DNA of 64,000 nt from Marinilabiliales bacterium. GTDB taxonomy: Bacteria; Bacteroidota; Bacteroidia; Bacteroidales; F082. The first letter of the stretch is position 1; each line of letters opens with the position of its first letter. Shown here piece after piece: positions 50,852 through 59,196 of the stretch. Made by a program: the position numbers and the translations under genes. Below the pieces are notes generated by a model. That model was not told the origin of the DNA and searched no databases. It saw nothing but the letters and a program-made list of their open reading frames with translations. Location of the stretch: positions 7,910 to 71,909 of the forward strand of contig PKTD01000107.1 in NCBI GenBank assembly GCA_002869315.1. Reading direction: 5' to 3'.

Positions 50852-51932
50852 GGTCATTTGTTTTGTGTTGCTGCTCCTGCAGCTTGATATAAACGCACAA
50901 ACTTTTGAAAAGAGCAGAAGTGTGAGTAAAACATTCTTTGCTGGTCCTGATACTGAATTACAAGTGACCAACAAATATGGTGATATTCAACTTGTTGAAT
51001 GGGATAATGATTCCGTAAAGTTTGATATTAGTTTGAAGGTAATGTCAACTAAAGAATCAAAATTGAATAATACTTTCGATTTTATCGATTTTGAATTTAA
51101 TGCTACTCCTCATTATATAATAGTTAAAACTACTTTTGAGGGCGGCGGATCTTTCTGGTCTGATATTAAGGACTTAGCCAGCACTGTTTTTACCAGTGGT
51201 ACCAAGTCGCAAATAGATTATAAAATCTATCTGCCAAAAGATATGAAAGTAAATTTGGAGAATAAATTTGGGAATATTTTTATTTCCGACCATAGTGGCG
51301 ATCTTAATATAAACCTTTCAAATGGAGATTTAAACACTCACAATCTGGATGGAGAAAACACAGTTAATTTAAGTTTTGCCAATGCAAATATTAATAAATA
51401 TGAAAGTGGTCTTATTGCAATAGGGTATTTTTCAGAAGTTCATATTACAGAATGTAATACTTTAAAAGTTGATAGCAAATCCTCAAAAGTTTATATTAAA
51501 AAGTTTGAAACGCTGGATATTCAATCCAATAGAGATCATATGTACCTGGGTGAAGGAAATAATATTGATGGTAAATTGATGTTTACATTTGTTAATATTG
51601 AAAAAATAAATAAAAAATTAAGTATAGAAACTAATTATGGAGATTTTGAACTTGACAATTTAGGTAAGATGGAAAATGGAATTTCCATATCTTCAGAAAG
51701 TACCGACTTTACTATAACAAAAACCAAATCCCAAAGTTTTAATCTGGATATAACATATAATGAAAATGCTGGTTTATTTTATGACCAAGAGTTAAAGAAT
51801 AAAGTAAGTAAAGCAGTGGAGAACGATAATAAACTGGTTCAAACAACTGGTTTATTGGGCGATACAAATGCATACCCTATAAACTTTAAAGCAAAGTTAT
51901 TATCCGGAAGTTTAAAAATTAATAATAAATAA
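50826..51932 (+). CDS. secreted DUF4097-like repeat protein (putative adhesin fold)
   Basis: 368 aa. Signal peptide ...LQLDINA|QTF. Beta-helix-like repeats (FGNIFISDHSGDLNINLSNGDLN). Overlaps the anti-sigma gene by 26 nt. Confidence 0.5.
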   Translation: MKKFIIHYKVICFVLLLLQLDINAQTFEKSRSVSKTFFAGPDTELQVTNKYGDIQLVEWDNDSVKFDISLKVMSTKESKLNNTFDFIDFEFNATPHYIIVKTTFEGGGSFWSDIKDLASTVFTSGTKSQIDYKIYLPKDMKVNLENKFGNIFISDHSGDLNINLSNGDLNTHNLDGENTVNLSFANANINKYESGLIAIGYFSEVHITECNTLKVDSKSSKVYIKKFETLDIQSNRDHMYLGEGNNIDGKLMFTFVNIEKINKKLSIETNYGDFELDNLGKMENGISISSESTDFTITKTKSQSFNLDITYNENAGLFYDQELKNKVSKAVENDNKLVQTTGLLGDTNAYPINFKAKLLSGSLKINNK

Positions 51933-52053
51933 GTAGGATTAATTGTAACTATTAGTGAATTAATCTGTCAATATAAATAGTTAAATAAAATGCTGTAATA
52001 AATAAGCGCGCAACCATTAATAGCAAAATTTAAATCACATAATAATAGAGAAA

Positions 52054-52824
52054 ATGAAAATAAAAAATATAGTTATAATAGGATTCATCCTTATGCTGTC
52101 CACCACATATTATTCGTGCAGCAAATTGAATTCAGTAAATGGAAATGGCCATGTTCTTACTGAAGAAAGAAGGCTTGTAAACTTTGATCAGGTAAAAAAT
52201 GAAGGAGAGTTTAATGTATTCATTTCTTACGATACAGTTTATCAGGCGATAGTAGAGGCCGAAACAAATCTGATTCCTTATATCAGGACTATTGTTAACG
52301 GAAATACTTTAATTATCGATAGTAGAGAAAATTTGCGTCCTGGAATGTCAATAAATATTTATGTAAAAACCCCAAATGTAAAATATATAGAATTGAGCGG
52401 CTCGGGTACAATTTTTTGTGATTCGGTAAGTGGAGATAATGTTGGCTCAGTAATTAGTGGCTCAGGTAGTATAGAAGCCAATTTATACGGCGCTGTATCC
52501 GAACTTGATATAAGTTGATCAGGAAATATGTTGCTAAATATAGAATCATTAATGACCTATTGCGATATCAGTGGTTCTGGAGATATTTATGTATCTGGTT
52601 CTTCTACTGAAGGCGATTTTAAAATCAGCGGATCAGGTAATATTAATTCATACGATTTATATCAGGAAAAACTGGATGCTAAAATTAGTGGATCAGGAAA
52701 TATGTACGTTAATGTTTCAGATATTTTAAATGCAAAAATTAGTGGCAGTGGATCTGTTTATTATATTGGAAATCCACTTTTAGATGTTAATATAACAGGT
52801 TCTGGTTCAGTAATTAAACATTAA
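52054..52824 (+). pseudogene. lipoprotein with DUF2807/GIN (autotransporter-head-like) repeats, interrupted by one in-frame TGA at 52516-52518
   Basis: ORFs 52054-52518 and 52528-52824 share a frame. The junction reads ELDIS*SGNM, whereas the protein repeats ISGSGD, ISGSGN (twice) and ISGSGS (twice). Lipobox-like TTYYSC. Confidence 0.7.
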
Positions 52825-52830
52825 ATAATC

Positions 52831-53352
52831 ATGCGTAAAACTACTATAACACTACTGATGATTTTGCTCTCACTAAGCATGTTCGGGCAAATGTATGAAC
52901 AGCGTCTTGGAATAAGAATGGGCTATACTTCCGGAATTACAGGAAAAATAATAAAAGATAGAAGAGTTGCGCTGGAAGGTATGCTTGGTTTTAGAAAAGG
53001 TGGAATGCAAATATATGGACTGATAGAAAGACAGAAACCTCTTATTGTTGATGGTATTCACGATTTTCAAATATATTTTGGGGGTGGAGCACATTTAGGT
53101 TATGTAAATGGAATAGACAGATATAGGTCTTATAACAGTCCCAATGGCGTTGTTTATTATGAAGAAAGAGTAGTTGGTCCAGTAATTGGTTTGGATGGCA
53201 TATTTGGAGTGGAATATACATTGCTAAAAGTCCCCATAACATTTACAGCCAGTTTTAAACCTTTTTTCGAACTTCAATCATTTTACAAATTCAAAGCAAA
53301 TTTCTACGATTTTGCTTTCGTCATAAAATATACATTCAGAAAACTTAAATAA
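52831..53352 (+). CDS. small outer-membrane beta-barrel-like protein
   Basis: 173 aa. Signal peptide ...SLSMFG|QMY and alternating aromatic beta-strand pattern. Confidence 0.5.
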   Translation: MRKTTITLLMILLSLSMFGQMYEQRLGIRMGYTSGITGKIIKDRRVALEGMLGFRKGGMQIYGLIERQKPLIVDGIHDFQIYFGGGAHLGYVNGIDRYRSYNSPNGVVYYEERVVGPVIGLDGIFGVEYTLLKVPITFTASFKPFFELQSFYKFKANFYDFAFVIKYTFRKLK

Positions 53353-53360
53353 TTAATATT

Positions 53361-54029
53361 ATGAAAATTAAATTTTTAATACCCACATTAACTTTAGTGC
53401 TGGCAATCGTAAGTGTTTCTTATGGCCAGGAAAATAAAAATGAATTCAAAACTATTTTTAGTAAAGATAAAAGTCATAAGATTTCTCATGGTGGCTATGG
53501 AGCTATCACAATGGGTTATTCTCAAATCGACGGTAAGGATGCTCTTGAAATAGGTGGTCGAGCAGCTTGGGTTGTAAATCATCATCTTGCAATTGGTATA
53601 GCAGGGAAAAGTTTTTTCAATAATCTTGAAAAAACTGTTGATGCTGATAATTATTATCTGGCATGTGGTTATGGTGGATTATTCTTAGAGCCCATTATTG
53701 CTCCGAAATCTCCTGTTCATGTTACTTTCCCAATAATTTTTGGAGTTGGAGGTTTAGCTGCTAAGCACGGAAATGTTTGGGATAATAATTATTATAATGA
53801 TAATTATTACGATACAGATGTAATTCTAGTGTTTGAACCAGGTGCCGAAATAGAGTTTAATGTTGTTAAATTCATGAGAATTTCCTTAGGTGGTTCATAT
53901 CGCTTAACAAATGGAGTTTTACTACAATATAAGTATTACGACAATAACGACTTAATGATAAAAGACGTTCCTACCAATGCTTTGGATGCATTTAATTTTA
54001 ATTTGAATTTCAAGTTTGGTTGGTTTTAA
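53361..54029 (+). CDS. outer-membrane beta-barrel-like protein
   Basis: 222 aa. Signal peptide ...SVSYG|QEN. C-terminal NFNLNFKFGWF ends in the aromatic residue typical of OMPs. Confidence 0.5.
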   Translation: MKIKFLIPTLTLVLAIVSVSYGQENKNEFKTIFSKDKSHKISHGGYGAITMGYSQIDGKDALEIGGRAAWVVNHHLAIGIAGKSFFNNLEKTVDADNYYLACGYGGLFLEPIIAPKSPVHVTFPIIFGVGGLAAKHGNVWDNNYYNDNYYDTDVILVFEPGAEIEFNVVKFMRISLGGSYRLTNGVLLQYKYYDNNDLMIKDVPTNALDAFNFNLNFKFGWF

Positions 54030-54055
54030 AAAATAGTGGTAAGTTTACGCAAATA

Positions 54056-54095
54056 ATGGGGCTAGTCAGATTATTCTGGCTGCCCCATTTTTTTT
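54056..54095 (+). terminator. rho-independent terminator
   Basis: Imperfect stem (with bulges/mismatches) between AATGGGGCTAGTCAGA (54055-54070) and TCTGGCTGCCCCATT (54075-54089); the helical core is ATGGGGC / GCCCCAT plus CAGA / TCTG, followed by a T8 run. Confidence 0.75.
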
Positions 54096-54172
54096 GCTAA
54101 TGCTCGCCAATTAAAAATTAATTAATTCTTAGAATTTTGTAAATTGTGGTCAAAATTTAAAAAGTATTAATT

Positions 54173-54823
54173 ATGAAGAAATTTGCAGTAGTGCTTTCAG
54201 GATGTGGAGTTTACGATGGCGCAGAAATTCATGAGGCAACATTGAGTATGCTGGCAATACAAAGGCAGGGTGGCGAGTATCAGTGTTTTGCTCCAAACAT
54301 TAATCAACATCATGTGATTAACCATCTCAATGGAGAGGAAATGAACGAAAGCAGGAACATCCTTATTGAATCGGCACGAATAGCTAGAGGGGATATCAAA
54401 GATTTGAATGAATTTAACGCAAATGATTTCGACGCTCTTCTATTTCCTGGTGGATTTGGAGTTGCCAAAAACCTCTCAACGGTAGCTTTTGAAGGTTCTC
54501 AGGCAACAGTAAATGAGGATATTGTGAAAGTTGTAAAAGATATCCATCAGCAAAAAAAACCCATAGGTGCACTTTGTATTTCTCCTGCTATAATTGCCAA
54601 AATTCTTGGAGATGTAAATGTTACTATAGGCAATGAAAAAGCCACTGCAGATGTTATAGAATCATTTGGTGCCACTCACATTGAAACCACTCATGGAGAT
54701 GTAGTTTTTGATGAAGATAATATCGTTTTCACAACCCCTTGCTATATGCTTGATGCCAACATTACAGATATTGATGATGGGGCAAATAATATAGTGGATG
54801 CTATGCTAAAATGGATGGACTAA
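54173..54823 (+). CDS. elbB: DJ-1/PfpI-family protein ElbB (isoprenoid biosynthesis glyoxalase-like)
   Basis: 216 aa. MKKFAVVLSGCGVYDGAEIHEA is the canonical ElbB N-terminus, and ALCISP is present. Confidence 0.8.
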   Translation: MKKFAVVLSGCGVYDGAEIHEATLSMLAIQRQGGEYQCFAPNINQHHVINHLNGEEMNESRNILIESARIARGDIKDLNEFNANDFDALLFPGGFGVAKNLSTVAFEGSQATVNEDIVKVVKDIHQQKKPIGALCISPAIIAKILGDVNVTIGNEKATADVIESFGATHIETTHGDVVFDEDNIVFTTPCYMLDANITDIDDGANNIVDAMLKWMD

Positions 54824-54852
54824 TCATTATGATAAATCGTAAATAAATTATC

Positions 54853-55809
54853 ATGAAGAATAGTATCTGTGAATTGTTTCAAATAAAATACCCAATTGTA
54901 CAGGGAGGTATGATTTGGTGTAGCGGATGGGAACTGGCATCAGCGGTCAGTAATGCTGGGGGTTTGGGGCTTATTGGCAGTGGTAGTATGTATCCCGAAA
55001 TTTTTGAAGAACACGTCTTAAAATGCAAAAAAGCAACTGATAAACCTTTCGGTGTTAATGTCCCTTTGCTATATCCACAAACTGATGAAATTGTTGAGAT
55101 AATAGTAAAACACGGGATAAAAATTGTTTTCACTTCTGCAGGAAATCCTGCAAAATATACTTCTTATCTCAAGGATAAAGGCATAACTGTAGTGCATGTT
55201 GTAGCCAATAAAAAGTTTGCATCAAAAGCTCAGGCAGCGGGCGTTGATGCTATTGTTGCTGAGGGTTTTGAAGCCGGAGGACATAATGGTATTGAAGAAA
55301 CAACTACCATGGTACTGATACCTATGCTAAAACAAGAAATAGATATTCCAATTATTGCTGCAGGAGGGATTGCCTCAGGGAGTTCGATATTTGCCGCTTT
55401 GGCATTAGGAGCAGAAGGAGTCCAAATAGGTAGTTTGTTTGCTTCATCAGTGGAATCTTCAGCCCATGAAAATTTTAAAAATAAAATTATTTCTGCTGGC
55501 GATGGAAGTACAAAACTTACATTAAAAAGTGTTGTTCCTGTTCGTTTGATTAAGAATGATTTTTTTAATGAAGTAGCACAAGCTGAGAGTAAAGGTGCTT
55601 CTAGAGAAGAACTTATTAGCCTGCTTGGCAAGGGTCGTTCAAAACTTTGAATGTATGAAGGCGATACTTCTAAAGGGGAATTGGAAATTGGACAGGTTTC
55701 ATCAATGATAAAGGATGTACTGCCTGTTAGTGAAATCTTTACTAATCTTATTGAAGAGTATAAACAAACAAAAAATAAAATGCAGATAAACTTGGATTTA
55801 TTTGGATAA
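54853..55809 (+). pseudogene. NAD(P)H-dependent flavin oxidoreductase (nitronate monooxygenase / FabK-like enoyl-ACP reductase II) interrupted by one in-frame TGA at 55648-55650
   Basis: ORF 54853-55650 continues in frame as MYEGDTSKGELEIGQVSSMIKDVLPVSEIFTNLIEEYK... to the TAA at 55807-55809. This 52-aa tail is below the ORF-track cutoff. The junction GKGRSKL*MYEGD corresponds to the family pattern GRxKKGMFEGD. Motifs PIVQGGM and AGGGIASG. Confidence 0.8.
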
Positions 55810-55848
55810 GTATATTGTTATTTATAAACTGATAAAAGGAATATATTT

Positions 55849-55856
55849 TAAATTTG
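55849..55856 (+). promoter_or_regulatory. candidate -7 promoter box (TAAATTTG)
   Basis: TAnnTTTG match 27 nt upstream of the ATG at 55884. Confidence 0.3.
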
Positions 55857-55883
55857 TAATTCTTATAATTAAACAGAATAGAG

Positions 55884-57026
55884 ATGAATTTTGAAATAAC
55901 CGAAGAACAATTAATGATACAGCAGGCAGCTCGCGATTACGCTCAAAGAGAGTTAATACAAGATGTGCTTGAAAGGGATGAAAAAGGAATTTTTCCTGAA
56001 CAACATATAAAAAATCTTAGTGAACTGGGATTTATGGGTATGATGGTGGACCCTGAATATGGAGGTAGCGGAATGGATTCTATTTCCTATGTTCTGGCTA
56101 TGGAAGAAATTTCAAAAGTTGATGCGGCAACAGCTGTAATACTGTCAATTAATAATTCTTTGGTTTGCTATGGATTAAACAAATTCGCCAGTGAAGAGCA
56201 AAAGCAAAAATATTTAGTTCCCGTTGCAAGTGGCGAAAAGATTGGAGCTTTCCTTTTATCGGAACCTGAAGCTGGTAGCGATGCCAGCCACCAACATACC
56301 ACTGCTGAAGACAAAGGAGATCACTATCTGATAAATGGAACAAAAAACTGGATTTCCAATGCTAGAACTGCTTCAACTTATTTGGTTATTGCACAAACAA
56401 ATCCAGAGAAAAAGCACAGAGGAATAAATGCCTTTATAGTTGAAAAAGATAGTCCGGGTATTTCTTTGGGCCCACATGAAGATAAAATGGGAATGCGCTC
56501 ATCCGATACTCATTCGGTAATGTTCAGCGATGTAAAAGTACCTAAGGAAAATCGAATTGGCGAAGATGGCTTCGGTTTTAAATTTGCTATGATGGTTTTG
56601 GAGGCTGGCAGAATTGGAATTGCTTCTCAGGCACTGGGAATAGCTCAGGGTGCTATGGAAAGAGCAGTGGCTTATGCCAAAGAGCGTAAAGCCTTCGGTA
56701 AACCTTTGGCTGAACACCAGTCGGTGGCATTTAAAATTTCTGATATGGCTGTGAAAATTGAAAATGCCCGTAACTTATGTCTTAAGGCAGCATGGTTAAA
56801 AGATAATCATAAACCTATTACAGTTGCCAGTGCAATGGCTAAGCAATATGCTGCTGATATGGCCATGGAAGTTACCACTGAAGCAGTTCAGATTCATGGT
56901 GGATATGGCTATGTTAAAGAATATCATGTAGAACGTCTGATGAGGGAAGCTAAACTTACTCAGATTTATGAGGGGACATCAGAAGTCCAAAAAATAGTTA
57001 TTTCCAGAGATTTGCTAAAGGATTAA
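55884..57026 (+). CDS. short-chain (butyryl-CoA type) acyl-CoA dehydrogenase
   Basis: 380 aa. LSEPEAGSDA, YEGTSEVQ and QIHGGYGY motifs. Confidence 0.9.
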   Translation: MNFEITEEQLMIQQAARDYAQRELIQDVLERDEKGIFPEQHIKNLSELGFMGMMVDPEYGGSGMDSISYVLAMEEISKVDAATAVILSINNSLVCYGLNKFASEEQKQKYLVPVASGEKIGAFLLSEPEAGSDASHQHTTAEDKGDHYLINGTKNWISNARTASTYLVIAQTNPEKKHRGINAFIVEKDSPGISLGPHEDKMGMRSSDTHSVMFSDVKVPKENRIGEDGFGFKFAMMVLEAGRIGIASQALGIAQGAMERAVAYAKERKAFGKPLAEHQSVAFKISDMAVKIENARNLCLKAAWLKDNHKPITVASAMAKQYAADMAMEVTTEAVQIHGGYGYVKEYHVERLMREAKLTQIYEGTSEVQKIVISRDLLKD

Positions 57027-57196
57027 TATTTTCAAGTTTCTGATTATTATTATAGTTTATATATTATTGATTGTTAATTAAAGGACGTAACTAATGGAGT
57101 TTAGGAATTTTAAGAATTCATAAACTTTTATATCTGTTTTTTTACGAAATTTGTTCTTTCACCAAAATTGATTCAAAAAAATAAATAAATAAACAT

Positions 57197-57934
57197 ATGA
57201 AAATACTTGTATTAATTAGTAATGTGCCCGATACAACTACAAAAATCAGGTTTACGGGTGATAATACTGCTTTTGATGCTGCGGGTGTTCAGTGGATAAT
57301 CAACCCATGGGATGAACTAGCATTAACCAGAGCTATGGAACTTAAAGAAGCAGGTGGCGTAGATAAGATAACTGTTGCCAATGTTGGCGAGAAGATAACT
57401 GAAGCAACTTTAAGAAAAGCCCTTGCTGTTGGTGCTGACGATGCTATCAGAATTGATGCTCCTGCAAAAGATGCATTTTTTGTGGCTAGTCAACTTTCAA
57501 AAATTGCCGGTGATTATGATTTAATTCTTGCCGGTATTGAAGCATCCGATTATAATGGAAACGCAGTAGGAGGTATGCTTGCAGAACTATTGGATTATAA
57601 TTCTGTTTCTGCTGTTTCTGGGATTAATATCGATGGTGATAAATTTGTTGTAAACCGTGAAATAGATGGCGGTTCCCAAGTATTATCGGTAACTGGTCCA
57701 TTGGTGGCAATTGTACAAAAAGGAATTGCCAAAGAGCCAAGAATTCCTGCCATGCGTGGTATTATGATGGCACGTAAAAAACCTTTAAATGTGGTTCCTG
57801 CTGAAGAAGCCCATGAGAAGACATCTTTTGTAAATTTTGAACTTCCTCCACCTAAGGCAGCTTGCAAAATGGTAGATGAAGAAAATGCCAAAGAGTTGAT
57901 TACTTTACTTCATGAAGAAGCGAAAGTATTATAG
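57197..57934 (+). CDS. etfB: electron transfer flavoprotein beta subunit
   Basis: 245 aa. MKILVLISNVPDTTTKIRF and INPWDELALTRAMELKE are typical EtfB sequences. Confidence 0.9.
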   Translation: MKILVLISNVPDTTTKIRFTGDNTAFDAAGVQWIINPWDELALTRAMELKEAGGVDKITVANVGEKITEATLRKALAVGADDAIRIDAPAKDAFFVASQLSKIAGDYDLILAGIEASDYNGNAVGGMLAELLDYNSVSAVSGINIDGDKFVVNREIDGGSQVLSVTGPLVAIVQKGIAKEPRIPAMRGIMMARKKPLNVVPAEEAHEKTSFVNFELPPPKAACKMVDEENAKELITLLHEEAKVL

Positions 57935-57967
57935 TTTCAAATATTTTAAAATTTAAAAAAGATAATC

Positions 57968-58930
57968 ATGTCGATATTAGTATATACAGAAAACTGGGAT
58001 GGCAAATTCAAGAAACTAAGCTTTGAACTGGTTTCGTATGCTGCTGCCATAGCTAAAGAAATGGGACAGGAATTAACTGCCCTGTCAATTGGTAATGTTG
58101 CCGATGACGAATTAAATAAATTAGGAAATTACGGTGCTTCTAAAGTTTTAAAAGTAGAAGATGACAGGTTTAACAGCCTCGATAATAAAGCCTTGTCAAA
58201 AGCAGTTGTAGCTGCCGCTGAAAGTGTCGGGGCCAAATTAGTGGTGTTTGCACATAATAATCTTGGAAAAGCATTAGCACCAAGAGTTTCAGTAAAACTA
58301 AACGCAGGTTTGGTATCTGGAGTAACTGCTCTGCCTTCTTCCACAACTCCTTTTGTGGTGAAGAAAAAAGTATTTACAGGTAAGGCTTTTGCGAATGTTC
58401 AGGTTGATGCTGAGAATGTAGTATTAACATTTGCTCAAAACTCATACGAACTCGTGGAAACCGGTGGAAATGCAACTGTAGAGGCTTTTGACCCTCAGGT
58501 TGCTGATGGTGATTTTAGCACTACAGTTAATGAAACCAATAAAATTACTGGAAAGGTACTTCTCAACGATGCTGAAATTGTTGTTTCAGGTGGTAGAGGT
58601 ATGAAGAGTGGTGATAATTGGGGCGGACTTGAAGAGTTGGCTGACCTTCTAAATGCTGGTATGGCTTGTTCACGCCCGGTATCCGACGAAGGTTGGAGAT
58701 CACATGATGAGCATGTAGGCCAAACAGGTAAGATAATTGCTCCTAACTTATACTTTGCATTTGGTATTTCAGGTGCCATACAACATTTAGGTGGTGTTAG
58801 TTCCTCAAAAGTAATTGTTGCTATCAACAAAGATCCTGAGGCTCCAATTTTTGAAGCTGCCGATTATGGTGTGGTAGGCGATGTATTTAAAGTGATTCCT
58901 CAATTAATAGAAGGAGTGAAGGAAATGTAA
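57968..58930 (+). CDS. etfA: electron transfer flavoprotein alpha subunit
   Basis: 320 aa. FAD-binding C-terminal motif FGISGAIQHLGGVSSSKVIVAINKDPEAPIF. Confidence 0.9.
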   Translation: MSILVYTENWDGKFKKLSFELVSYAAAIAKEMGQELTALSIGNVADDELNKLGNYGASKVLKVEDDRFNSLDNKALSKAVVAAAESVGAKLVVFAHNNLGKALAPRVSVKLNAGLVSGVTALPSSTTPFVVKKKVFTGKAFANVQVDAENVVLTFAQNSYELVETGGNATVEAFDPQVADGDFSTTVNETNKITGKVLLNDAEIVVSGGRGMKSGDNWGGLEELADLLNAGMACSRPVSDEGWRSHDEHVGQTGKIIAPNLYFAFGISGAIQHLGGVSSSKVIVAINKDPEAPIFEAADYGVVGDVFKVIPQLIEGVKEM

Positions 58931-58965
58931 AAAGTACATTTTCACAAAAAAATTAACGAATAAAT

Positions 58966-58999
58966 AATCCCGTTTGGATTCTCCGAGCGGGATTTTTTT
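58966..58999 (+). terminator. rho-independent terminator after etfA
   Basis: Stem ATCCCG (58967-58972) / CGGGAT (58988-58993), then a T7 run. Confidence 0.6.
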
Positions 59000-59041
59000 A
59001 ATTGACAATTGACAATGTATAATTTTTAATTGTTAACTATA

Positions 59042-59196
59042 CGTTCGACAGTCATTTCAATCGAGGAGGAACGACGAGAGTGAAATCTCCTTAAAATACA
59101 TCATTTACTTCATCACTATAGGAGATTTCTCCTCATGTCTTTCATTTCATTGCAGACAATAATCGATATGACAGTAATATGCTGATAAACAGTCAT
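59042..59196. repeat. pair of inverted ~50-55-nt intergenic elements with shared termini (GGAGATTTC ... TCGAT..ATGACwGT), plus a third ATGACTGT terminus abutting the helicase stop codon
   Basis: Copy A lies on the minus strand at 59042-59090 and copy B on the plus strand at 59121-59175. The 9-bp inverted termini are GAAATCTCC (59082-59090) and GGAGATTTC (59121-59129). ATGACwGT occurs at 59048-59055 (reverse complement), 59168-59175 and 59189-59196 (reverse complement). Confidence 0.5.

Noticed and set aside
59001-59037. Tandem ATTGACA ATTGACA plus an inverted near-copy (AATTGTTAA), right after the etfA terminator.
   Set aside because: It is short and AT-rich, so it could easily arise by chance. 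It lies between two convergent 3' ends where there is no promoter to regulate.
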